Shown here: piece by piece, positions 9,370-21,000 of the stretch | Layout of the letters: each line of letters begins with the position of its first letter | Position numbering within the stretch: position 1 is the stretch's first letter | From: a virus | Lineage: Duplodnaviria; Caudoviricetes | IMG/VR virus record: IMGVR_UViG_3300025137_000040 | Span: 1 to 59,043 of that record | DNA length: 59,043 bases | Direction: 5' to 3' (one strand) | Program-made: the position numbers and the translations under genes | Notes under the pieces: generated by a model | The model's input: the letters and a program-made list of their open reading frames with translations, nothing else | The model's database searches: none | Told to the model about the DNA's origin: nothing

Positions 9370-10904
9370 TATCACCTTCATCTAGCCCTGCCGTAGCGGC
9401 ATTTCCTAAAGCCAATTCATTTAGGAAGGCACTGCTCCCCTCCGAAAAGTCTGGCGACAACCCTGATCCTTTGGGCGACAAGCTTAAAAGCCTAAGGGAG
9501 TCCCTGGCTAAAGCCGAAAAAAAACAAATCCCAAAAAGAGTTCCTGACAACTTGTTAGTAACTCTGGATAGAGCCAAAGAGCTAGGAGACTATGAGGAAA
9601 TCAAACGCCTCACAGTAGAGATTCGCGAAGCTCAGAAAGCTACTACGGTAGACTCGGAAAAAATAAAAGAACTTAAGAATAAAATTTCTGTTACTTCTCT
9701 TCAAATGGGTCTTGAAGATCCCTTCCCCTCCGAAAAGTCTGAGGATTCCGCCATGGCTAAGGGTGCTATATTGACGGATGAGGAGCTTGCGGCAGGTAAA
9801 AAAGACGCCGAGGCCGCATCCAGAAAGAGCGAGGAGAGGAGCAAAGGGATTGAAAGGGCCATTGATTCTAAAGGCGATTCGGGGGCCAGCCCTGAAGAGG
9901 ATAAAGAGGATAAAGATTCCTCTACCGATACATCTTCTAAGGAGGGGGCAAACGATAACAGAGCAGAGCCCCGCCTTATGTCGAAGAGCGAAGCGGAAGC
10001 TCAGAAGATACTCAATGAGGAGGAAGCCAAGAAAGCTGCAGTCCGCGCTAGGATTCCTTACGAAACTATACCGATGGGCGGGGGTGCTGGCGCAGGGTTT
10101 CTTCGCACCCCTCGAGCAGTAATGGCTCAGGTCGCGATGCGTGGGGGGATGACGCCTCAGATGAAAGCTGCTGAGCAGTCTGCAGCTAACGCTTCCATCG
10201 CCGAAATCAATCGCCTGAGAGAGACCGACCCCGAAGCTGCAAGACAGATGCAGACTCTTTTCATGGGTAGGCGTCCCATAAATGACTTCAGGACCCCCGA
10301 GGGTACGGAAGTAGTTAGGACTACAGATAGGAAACAGAAAACATCTGGTGGTGCTGGTGGTGCTGGTGGTGCTGGTGGTGCTGGTGGTGCTGGTGGTGCT
10401 GAAGGCTCATCTGACGAGGAAGTTATGGTCAGCCAAAGCACTCGTATTCCCATCCCCGAAAAATACGGAGGAGGTTTTGCTTATGGAGATACCGGAAAAG
10501 GCAGGGGCACGGGTCCTAAAGGTGGGCGCTTTTCTCAGTATGGAACAGGTGAAACTGAGTTCGGCGGACTTACTCGATCCCTCATGGATAACTCTTACAA
10601 GCCTGGCACCGGTATTGTCGATCGAGAAGCCATAAAAGGGTTTGGAAAGGGCACGACCGGTCTTGGGAAAATGATTGTTAACAATGATGTGACCGATGGC
10701 CAGATACGAGATCAAGCTCGAAGGGGTGAAGAGTTTGAAAAGTTCAAGAAGCAAGGTATGGCCGCCGACCTCGCTGCTAAGCAGAAGAAGGACGATGACG
10801 ATGACGATGGTGACGACGATGATAAAGATAAAAATGCGGCGGCTAAGGTCAAGAGAAACAAAGATCTAATGAATCGCACAATGAATCGCACAATGGTTGC
10901 CTGA
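9366..10904 (+). CDS. Putative internal virion (ejection) protein, low complexity
   Basis: Charged and Gly-rich, with (GGA)6 and poly-Asp tracts. Confidence 0.45.
   Translation: MISPSSSPAVAAFPKANSFRKALLPSEKSGDNPDPLGDKLKSLRESLAKAEKKQIPKRVPDNLLVTLDRAKELGDYEEIKRLTVEIREAQKATTVDSEKIKELKNKISVTSLQMGLEDPFPSEKSEDSAMAKGAILTDEELAAGKKDAEAASRKSEERSKGIERAIDSKGDSGASPEEDKEDKDSSTDTSSKEGANDNRAEPRLMSKSEAEAQKILNEEEAKKAAVRARIPYETIPMGGGAGAGFLRTPRAVMAQVAMRGGMTPQMKAAEQSAANASIAEINRLRETDPEAARQMQTLFMGRRPINDFRTPEGTEVVRTTDRKQKTSGGAGGAGGAGGAGGAGGAEGSSDEEVMVSQSTRIPIPEKYGGGFAYGDTGKGRGTGPKGGRFSQYGTGETEFGGLTRSLMDNSYKPGTGIVDREAIKGFGKGTTGLGKMIVNNDVTDGQIRDQARRGEEFEKFKKQGMAADLAAKQKKDDDDDDGDDDDKDKNAAAKVKRNKDLMNRTMNRTMVA
10347..10400 (+). 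repeat. 9-bp tandem repeat (GGTGGTGCT)x6 encoding (GGA)6
   Basis: Read directly. Confidence 0.9.
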
Positions 10905-10905
10905 T

Positions 10906-12042
10906 ATGTCTATACTAGACTCAGCATCAAACGAAATGCTAGGTCCAGGGTTTGCTGGTAACTCTGGTACGGTTTTTAGCCCGGCGCTTACTATGGAGGG
11001 ATCCTCTGTAGCAGAGCGCTACCGGCAAGCTTCTAACTACCTGCAGGATCAACAGGTCCTAGCAGCTGGCGCTCAAACCAACCTAAACATGGTTGAGAAT
11101 ATCAAAGCACAGGAGGCTTTGAGGGGTGAGGCAGATGCTCTTGGTAGGATTAAAAACGCAGACCCTTTATCTGTTGAGTTCGAGGATCTTGTTTTAGACC
11201 TAGCTCCAGCAGCAGCTTATTCAAAGCCTATAGCAAGAGCCTTGGATTTAAAGTCTAACCAAAAGAAAAGTTTTGAAGGTCTCCTTAATGGTATGGCCAA
11301 CTCCCTAGGGGCTTCCGGTATTAGTATTGAACAGTCTGATAAACTTTTGTCTACTGCCGAAGACTTACTGAGGTCTCGCAATTATAACGCATTCAGAACC
11401 CACGTTGGCAGAACCCTTGCCATGGCCAACCAGAGGGTTGAGAGAAATCGGATTAGAACACAATCTGAGGAGTATGCTAATAATGAGGTGTTAAAAGACT
11501 TTAGAGCCACACGAGATGAGCTTCGGACGCAGCTTGGGTCAGGAGTCTTTGAAGAGTTCTCTGAGTTTTTCGCGACCGGTCAGGGCACTGTAGCTAGTAC
11601 AAATGCTGATGGAACCCCCAGCAGAAAAGAAGCTTTACCTTCCATAGTCACAAAGGTCGCGAGTAATCAAATCCTCGCTGGCAGTAATTTACCTCGCCTC
11701 AGTCAGCTATCTAACTTTGTTCAAGGTGATTCTGTTAATACTACGGAAGTGGTGGATGCCGCCCGTAATCTTTCAGAGGATGCTTTTGTTTCGAAGTATC
11801 TGGATCAGGAAACAGGTCCCAATCTCATGGGCGAGTCGAGTGGCACTCAGGAGAAGGCTTTTCTCAAGTCTCTATGGGACTCTGTAAACACCATTTATAA
11901 ATTTAGAGACACAGCACAAAGGGCTCGGGCTCTCAACACCCCTAGGCCAACTGCTTCCTCTAAGGGCGCACCCTCAGGCTCCGGAAGGGAAGCGATAGAG
12001 CAGTTCAATAAAATCCTTAGTGATCGCAATACAGATTTATAA
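10906..12042 (+). CDS. Putative internal virion (ejection) protein
   Basis: Helical, A/Q/E-rich; immediately precedes the giant protein. Confidence 0.45.
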   Translation: MSILDSASNEMLGPGFAGNSGTVFSPALTMEGSSVAERYRQASNYLQDQQVLAAGAQTNLNMVENIKAQEALRGEADALGRIKNADPLSVEFEDLVLDLAPAAAYSKPIARALDLKSNQKKSFEGLLNGMANSLGASGISIEQSDKLLSTAEDLLRSRNYNAFRTHVGRTLAMANQRVERNRIRTQSEEYANNEVLKDFRATRDELRTQLGSGVFEEFSEFFATGQGTVASTNADGTPSRKEALPSIVTKVASNQILAGSNLPRLSQLSNFVQGDSVNTTEVVDAARNLSEDAFVSKYLDQETGPNLMGESSGTQEKAFLKSLWDSVNTIYKFRDTAQRARALNTPRPTASSKGAPSGSGREAIEQFNKILSDRNTDL

Positions 12043-12045
12043 GAG

Positions 12046-15000
12046 ATGGAAGCGCTGACATTACCTTCGTGGGATGCAATAACGTCTGATCCCGCGTGGG
12101 GAACAGCGAATCAGGATGAGCAGAAACGTCTTTTTGACTCCTGGAGAGAGGTTGCAGAAGAGCAGTTCGATCTGGAAGCTGCCAGCCCCGACAACCTTCG
12201 ACAGTTCAATACCTTTAATGAGGTCCGTAGCCTACAGCTAGACAGAGGTAACGGTAGCTCTCAGGAGCTTGATTTCGAAGCCTACAAGGTCCAAGCACCC
12301 AACTACTTAGGGGGTCTAGAGAATACCCTCAGACGGAGGATGGGTTCTGCGAAAGCAGAGAGTGACTGGACCACTAGAACCCACGAAGGGAAGCTGGATG
12401 TAAACCCCTATCTTTCTCTCGCTGGTTATGACCGCTATAAGGAGGAGATCCTTGCCACCGATGCTCCCCGTCGGGAGAAGATTGAAGCGCTTTCAGAGTT
12501 CAAGTATGCACAGGCTATGGCTCAACAAGACCTTGGTGTGCGTGCTAGCTCTAAAACTATAAAGCTAAGTGACAGGCTGTTGCCAGGTAAAGATGTCTTC
12601 AGTGAGGACTCTGAGGATGGTGAGCTAGACGTTGAGGCAGCAAAAATGTTTTTGCGCCCACGGGATCTCAAAGAGATTAAAAACACCGGGTCATCCGTTC
12701 GCCTTTCAGATCCTGGGATTGTGGATGACGTGGCCTACCGTTTTCTTCGAGAGCGGGGGTTAACAAGTCTGGCTGAAGAAGCTCTCAATGGCAGTGAGTC
12801 TGTTAGGAACTCATTAAGAGATTCTTATATGGACTCTATCATGGAGCTTGGGGACACCTGGGCAAAAGATGAGTCAACACCCGAGGGTCAGTTTAGAAAA
12901 TTAACCAGCGGTGAGGTTGTTTTTAATCCTTCTTGGCTTACCACAGCTACAGATGAGGAGATAGATTTAGCCCTCGGCGCTGCTGAGGTTCCCACTGGTG
13001 AAATAAAGCGTGCCAAAGCTGAGGCCCAGGGGTCCAGAGAGTCCTTCGCCGAAAACGCTGTCGCCGTGATGCTCAACGGATCAATTGATTCTTTAGCTGG
13101 TATGGTGACCGAGGGGATTGTGTTGCCTAGGTCCGCAGAGTTTCGTCGTTTCTACTATGCCAACAAAGACAAGTATGAAACCAACAGTGAGCTATTAGGA
13201 GCCTTCACTGAGGCGACTAAAAACCCTGGCTTAATCGGGGGTATGAAACGTCTCTTAAATGCGAGGACCCCCATTGGAATCTACGGCACGCTTCTAGATA
13301 TCTTTTCAGACGAGTTTAGCCCAGCAGAAACCACGGGTAACTTTTTGAAAAACTTTGAGGAGGGGGCCTTGCAGGGAGTCGGGACCTTTGGGCTAGGTCT
13401 ATTTACCTTTTTGGGAGGACGCCTCCCTGGGATGGACCGTGATGAGTCCATCGAAGCTGTCTCTCTACTCAGAAATAATCTTCAGGAGCAAGACGAAATA
13501 TTTGGGTCTGGGTCAAAGTGGGGAAGAATCCTAGGCCAAGAAGCGGGGATGCTTCTGCTGCCTGGCGCGGGGGCTTTAGCTGGATCCGCAATCCGTAGCG
13601 GAGCTGGATCCGCAATCCGTAGCGGAGTTGGTGCGGCCGCAGCGAAAAGCACTACTAGCAGGACTAACTTCCTAGCGATTAAATTACAGGAACATGCGGC
13701 AAGGGGGCTTACATCCAGAATGGCCCTAACCAGCTCGGATGATTTGGCAAAGGCCGCTTCGAAATCTCTAGCGGGGAACATTTACTTTGGTCTTCAAGCT
13801 TCCAGATCTGCCGAGGCAACTTTTCAAGACGCCTACATTAACTACCGTGACGAGGCCATCTTAATGGGTATGTCGCCCGAGGAGGCTGAAGCGTCGGCGA
13901 AAAGCCGAGCCTACCCTGTTGCAATAGCCGATGGGATTAAGACAGGGATTCTTATGAAGCTCATCCCTGGCGGAACTGAGGCCTTGTTCTCCGCTAACGC
14001 TCTGAGGGGTGTTACTTTTAAACAGGCGAACGAGGCTCTTGGCAAAGGGTGGCTAACAAAAGTATCTAAAAACCCCAGAGCCCTTGCCACCGCTACTGGT
14101 CAGCTGCTTAAACCCTTCTTTGCTTCCTCAGGTAAAGAGGCTGTGGAGGAATTCACAGACGAACTCTTATCCGGTGTCCTTGCGATGGGGACCTACAATC
14201 CGGAGATGCAGCTATCGGAGGCCTTCGAGCACGCATTAACTGGGGCGCTCGCTGGAGGTATTCTTGGAAGTGCTGGCGCTATCAATAGTGAGGGTGCATC
14301 TGTCCAGCAAGCGGAGAGGTTCAAGGATAAGATATCTCAATACCTCAAAGAAACCGCAGTCGAGACTGCTTCCACCAGTCCGGAGACGGCTGCGAAGTTA
14401 GCCGACGCTGCTGAGGCTGTGGGTGAGCAGCCGGTTACTCCAGGCCAGATACCCCCTGTCGAAGGTGGGTCAGAAAAGGTTATTAACACTTTAACTGGCG
14501 CTTTAAATGCGGCGCAGAAAGTCGCAGCGGACGAAAAGCTAAGTCCAAACGAGAAGAGAAAGGCTCTTGGAAGGCTTAGGGAAACTATTGACTTACGTTC
14601 AGATGGGGAGGAGGCCCAACTTCAGAAGATAGACAACCTAATAAACAATATCCCAAAATCCGCCGACGAGGCTTTGGGCGGTAAGCCCGGCTCTGGGAAG
14701 CCCCGCGCTGGTGGCCTCAATACTGAACAAAAAGTAAAGCAGTTTGATCAGATACTAGAGAATTTCTCCTCGCCAATTGAGCAACTTCCGCAGGGAGAGG
14801 CTGAGGAGGGTGCGCCACCCACGTCGCGAACCATGTCAAGGGATGGCATACGGGCGCTGATCGATGATCTATTCGCTGTGGATGATCAAGTCAAAGCCGA
14901 GAAACTAAAGGCAGAGGTGGATGGTATTTTCGCCTCGAGAAAACTAGTTGGGTCTTCCTACAGAGATGTGGAGATCGACCTCGACGAAGAGTCAGGCAAG

Positions 15001-18000
15001 GCAAAAGGGAAGAAGGGGTCGGCTAGTCTGAATAAGGGTAAGCTCTCAGTGGGCTTGAAAACTTTTTTGGATAAGGTTGCTGAGATCGACAAAGCAGCGG
15101 GGGCTGAGACTGAGGCTGACTCTGATTCAGATCTGAAGGATGAGTTAAGCAACTTAATCATTAAAGAATACAACAAGGCCAGAGAAGGCTTCAACAAGAA
15201 CGCTAAAGACACTGACAAGAGGGGCCGTTTTGAGAGGGCAATCGAGGCTGGGGAGGGCACAGACGCCCTCCTGGCCCCGCTCCTCGGTACAAATAAAACA
15301 ACTGGCAACCCTATTTTAGAAACCGACGGCCAAATCGGAAAGCGCATCGAAAAGGCCCTTAAGAATAACCAAAACACGAATCCAGGAAACAACGATGGGC
15401 AAGACATTCAAAGATCGAAGGGATCGGAGGGAGGACAGGGGGACTCAACTGCGGAGAATCAAGGGGAACAAGAAGGTTCAACTTCCGGATCCGAAGAAGC
15501 TCCGGAGGGAGAAGCCGGTGGAAGAGCGGCTGTAGACTCCGAAGGAGGAGATAGAGATTCTGCTTCTCCCCCAGAAGAAACCGACGAGGGCTCCGGAAGG
15601 TCTGATGAGGAAGAGAATGATGAAAAGGCAGTGGAGGGCCAACTAGATAATGATCCTTTACAAGAAAAAATAAACGAGCTGATTGAGGCGCGGGTTAACG
15701 ACGAGACCTCTCCTAGTTATGGTATGCCGATTTTTCGTTCGGATATTACAGGGTTCAGCACTTCCGAGAAAACTCAAATCCTTGAGGCCGTTAACTCTAA
15801 GCTCTTCGAAAAGTGGGGTATTGATGAGACTAAGTTTGTAGTTGGTCCTCAAGGACAGCGGCAGGCCTACAAGTATCCGTGGGAAAACGACAAGAAAGAT
15901 GGCTTTGCTTTCGTTAACCACCCCTACTATATGGCGGCTGCTCTGTCCCACAAGGAGAGTGGGGGCAAGATAAAGGTGCCCGAGGATGTGGGTGAAATTC
16001 ACCCCAGGCTAATCGTTGAAGACGGGTTTGTTGTCGGTGCGGTAACTGATGTGACAACGGAGGAGTTCAAGTCAAGAACTGGAGAGCGCTCAACCAAGTG
16101 GGGTGGAGGAGTTCAGAATGGGTTAATGGTCGTAGGCTCTGGAGAGTATAATTTAAAAAACTTGCTCTCGGATGTTGCAAAACCTAGTCGAGTCGCGTCC
16201 GCTAAAAAAGCGGGGGGCAAGGTTTCTAAGAAGGTCGAGGAAAAACGAAAAGACATCGACGGTATTGGGGCCTGGGATACCACTGACACTGAGAAAGAAA
16301 TCTTTGGAGAGAGCCTAGAGGTAGGCCTACTAGAAATGGTAGCTTCTATTTTTGACTCATCCCTAGCCAACCCGGCAGCAATTTACAAGGCAGCGGAGAT
16401 CGTTGTTTTGGCCACGCTAAAGACGAGAGCCAAAGCCCTTGGGGACCTGAATTTTGACCAATTAAACGACTTTGTGGCTGAGGGACGCAAAGATGAGAAG
16501 CTAGCTCCTTTGTTTGATATATTGGAAAAGTCTGAATTTAAAAATATTCATGCGCTGGTAGCCAGTCCCAAAGCCCTAGAGTTTGCTGCTCAAACGGAGG
16601 CTGAGGTTGAGGAAAGGGGCAAGATATACAGCTTAGGCCAGATAGCTGCCATCGCTTCGTCCTCCAGCACAAGCGACGAACAAAGTACTGGTGACTTTTC
16701 CCTTGACGAGAATCGGGACTCTGCTCCCCAGCCAGTAAGTCCGGAGGAAAATCTTGATGGTGACGAGCAGTTTGATCAGCTTCGGGAAGAACAAACCTCC
16801 GATAAGGCCAACGAATCGGACCTACCGGACGCTCCCGATACTCCGACACCATCGGATGGTGCCGGTGAGTTGACCATAAGTGAGGAATTCGAAGCAGTTA
16901 TCGATGCTTGGGACTACTATCTCAGGAATATTGCGGACCAGAATAAGGTTATCTACCCCGATGATGAGGTGGAACGCCGAAATCTAATTAACGATGTTTT
17001 GTTTAACCTATCCTTAAATGGAATAAAGCTAGGTGCAGAGTGGGACATCGCCGACGAAGCCGCTATATTTGAAGGAGAGTATGGAAGGGTCTCCGAAAAA
17101 TCACGGAGTCGAGCAGCGTTGGAAGAAGCCGAGGCGCTTCAAGTTAGGGCACAGTTCGAAGCTCTTGGCTTAGAAGCTGAGAATCAGTCTGGCGATATTA
17201 TAGACGCGCTCAGAATTATTGCAGAGGACAGCGGTAGTGATAACTACCTGAGAACCCTTGCTCAGATCTTCTTGAATAACCCTAAACTGCTCGAGGGCAC
17301 CACACTTAGGTTAATGGATGCACCTGGGGCTGAATGGGCGGGACTGTTTTCTCACCGCTTCAACACGATAGTATTGAACGTAGCCAAGACTAACCCACGA
17401 GGAGTAGCGGACACTTTGGTTCACGAGGGACTGCACCGAGCGCTTGACTCTATGCTTGAGTCTCCTCAGACAGAAGCTCAAGAGGCTCTGGTCAAAAGCA
17501 TTGATCGACTAGTTAAAGCGGCTCGACTGGTTGCGATTGACTTCTCTCGTAACTCGGCGAATGCGTTCACAATTCTTGAAAGCATTGCGAGGAGAGTCGC
17601 CGATGAATCGAGTGTTGGTCAGTTGATTAAGATGCTGGAACAAGAGGGAGGATTCTACGCAGAAAATCGAGACCTTTCTGCGATGCCAGAGGACGAGTTG
17701 AGAACCCTCGCCTACAGAGCACGCCTCGATATTAACAAAGCCTCGTTCTACGCCAACGGAGTTGGTGACCTGTTCTACGCTCTCGGCATGGATGAGGTTG
17801 GCGATAACGAAGTGCTAAGTCCGGTTCAGACAAGGCGGGAGTTCCTTGTTCACTCTTTGACCGATCTCCACTTTCAGGAGTTCTTGAAGCGGGTGAAGCT
17901 AGATGGTGATAGGGTTGACCTAGTGAGGGGTAGCCTTTGGTCTATCACATTGCGGAACTTCGGTCGCATGCTTACAGGGCGCTCCCAGATTGGACAAGAG

Positions 18001-21000
18001 CTAGAAGAAACTCTCGACACGGCACTCACTTTAATAGGAGATCCCCTATGGGCTACTATTCCTGAGGGAGCTAAGGTCCAAGTTAGAGATGAAGACGCTG
18101 ACCTTTCTTTGGACAATGTTAGGAATAATTTGACAAACAGCAGATCTCGTGCTAAACTCCCCCTCGATGGAAGCCGAAGAACCCAAGCCAGCCAAAGTCA
18201 GCCCCTCGAAATCCTGGGACGAGTTGACCCCGGAAGAGCTAGTAGAGCGGCAGACGGAGCAACTGGAGAATTCGCTTCGGCTGCGACGGAAGATTCGCAA
18301 CTCTCAGACTTAGCAAGGGCACTACCTGGCTTGTCTGCTGAGGAGGAGTCTTTTCTAGAGAGTCTGCGAGAAGGGGGGCAGGAACACGACGTTACCCCTA
18401 GGGTTGCAGACCGAATTTACAAGAGCCGAAAGCCGCTTGGCGGCGAAGCTCCAGGAGTTCCCTTCGACTATGTTTTGCGAGTTGGTTTGTTTAACCAGCT
18501 GTTTGGCACGGACATACAGTTGCATGGTCTGTACAATGATCGCCTAATAACTTCTCAACAGTGGATCAGAGCAGAAGACCCCTCGAACCCACACCCCACC
18601 GCCGACGAGGTGCAGGATTACCTGGAGAGTAATGGGTGGAGCGAGAGCGATTCCACCACGGCAGAGTGGGCCAAAGGCCCCTACAGGATCAGTGACGCTT
18701 ACCCTGACAACTTCATCAAGACTGAAGAAGGGGTCCAGCCAATTGATTTATTCGTTGAGATTCAGGCAGTAGCAGACCAAACCTCGGATGACGAGTTTGA
18801 GGGTGACATCCTGGGGGATGAGTCTTCTGACTTATCCAGATCGCCTTTTGAAGATGAGGGGGACCTTTTTGGAGATCCCTTCGAAGATGTAGGCGACTAC
18901 TCCTTCTCTAGAGCGGCTACTCCTCAGCTGACTGTAGGCCGAGTAGTAGATCGGGTCATCAGTGACCGCGACATGCAACGAGGTATACCCGGGGTGAATA
19001 CTCCTGAGGAGTATCGCAGCTATATTCATTCCTTAGCCTCCCAATACTTTGGGGACCTTCAATCCACAACTGTCGAGGGTGTCGAAAGGATGGATGTATT
19101 GTTGGGCAATTACGGGCCGACTGCTGCCCGTCACCTCGCTGAGGTAGAAGCTCTGGTTGAAATCGCTGAGGGTAAGTTCCTTGGTAAGCTCTCAGAATAT
19201 GCGGTCATGGGATCTTACTCCCCAGAACCTCTCCTGGCCAAGGCTGCGGCTATGCTTGGTGTATCCTCTGAGGTAGTGGATGACGCCGAAGTCGCGCTTG
19301 CCACGGACGGTAGCACCTTAATAGGTGCGGATAACATAGGCGAGGTCGCCGCAGTGCTCCACCTGTATAGGACTTACATAAAATCTTTTCCGGACGAAGT
19401 CGCTGGACTGATGTCAGGAATGGTAGACGCAATAATTGGGGATCCATTTACCTTACCAACAACACCAGACAAGGAGGCTCAGCCTTCCTTCTCCCGTGCA
19501 TCTACTTTCCTAGAAACCCTTACTGATGCTTTCATACTTCGCGATGATCCTGACTTAGCTGTGGCATTAACTCGGGAGTCCTACAACAGGGATGGACTCA
19601 TAGCGGCAGGTATTGAACCTAACCGATTCCGAAGGGCGTTCGGAACAGCGGGTAAATTTGGTAGAAAAATAGCTCCCCTTAAACTGGAGTTAGAAGGCGA
19701 ACTTAAAGCGGGGAACAAGGATGCAGAGTTCCACGGGAATAGAGTGCTTAGCCTAATGGATGAAACCTTTGGAAAAAATCCTACAGAGGATGAACTAAAA
19801 CTGATCAATATTGTTTTGGGAAGTACTGACGATGACGTGGTCCTAAATACAGGAGTCCCGGGCGCATACCAAGACCTTATAGAAGACAGAAAAGCCCTCG
19901 AGAAGACGGCGAAATCTGCCCGACGCGCAGAAGTAAACCGCTTAAAAGCAAAGCTTAAGAAGCAGGACCCTGAAAAATACCTAAAGGAGAAGGCAAGAAC
20001 CAAAGAGGAATGGACAAAGGGCTGGGATGAAATTGATAAACTTTATCAGAGAGACCTCAATAACCTCTACGCCCAGGCAGTTCCTGTGTATAGGCAGCAA
20101 GTAAGGGACCCGGCAGCGAGGGAGCTAAGGGAACGAAGCGAGGAGCTTTACGTAGCGGTTGAGTCGTTAAGAAAAGCCATAGATACCCTGTCTGACGCTT
20201 TAATTAACTCTGGAACTTTGGAACACGAGTCCCTTGTGGACCTTAGGACTAAAATACAGAACAACCGAGGCATCTATCTGATGCGCTCCTACGAGATACA
20301 TGACCAGATCGGATACAGAAAATGGTTGCAGAGTCTGGACCCTGAAGCTCGTCGCCGAGTGAGGGAAGCTCGAGATCAGATTCGAGGGGATATGATAGCG
20401 GAGCAGGTTGAGAAAACCAAGGCGATAGCGGATAAGAAAGGGGTAGTGTTAAGCGATGCGGAACTTAAGAAAAAGGCCGAGGCAAATGTAAAAGAGAAAG
20501 CTGTGCTCCTTAAGCTAGCCGGTTTCCTAAATTCCGTTGATTCAATGACCCTGGAAGGGGGGATGGGCTTGGTGAATCTGGGTGTCCTTCAAGAAAGAAA
20601 AGATATCCCCGAGGGACTTCGAACTGGAATGGGTCAGTATGATGATAATTTATTCAACGCTACCCGTACGCTTGTCGCACTCAATTCTTTGGTGGCTAAT
20701 CAAAAGTTTTTTAAGGACGTAGAGACCACTCTCAAAGATTCAAACACTAAGGAAGTGGTAGTGATTACCAAGGACGAGAAGTTAGGAATGGAGGAGGGCC
20801 TGCAAAAGTTGGGAGGAGATAGGAAAACTTTAGCGGATTCAACCTATGGCGCTCTTCAGGGTTACTATGTCCTACCCGAAATTAAGCAGGCGTTTGAGGA
20901 AATGCAGCCTACTGACTTGGGGCGCTTCCAGTCCACAGTAATGTGGGTTGCTGCCCAGACAATGGCTAATCTGACTGCCCGAAGACTTAGGACTCATGTT

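Noticed and set aside
10348-10635. Hydrophobic (VLV)n ORF as a membrane protein
   Set aside because: It is an off-frame reading of the (GGTGGTGCT)6 repeat.
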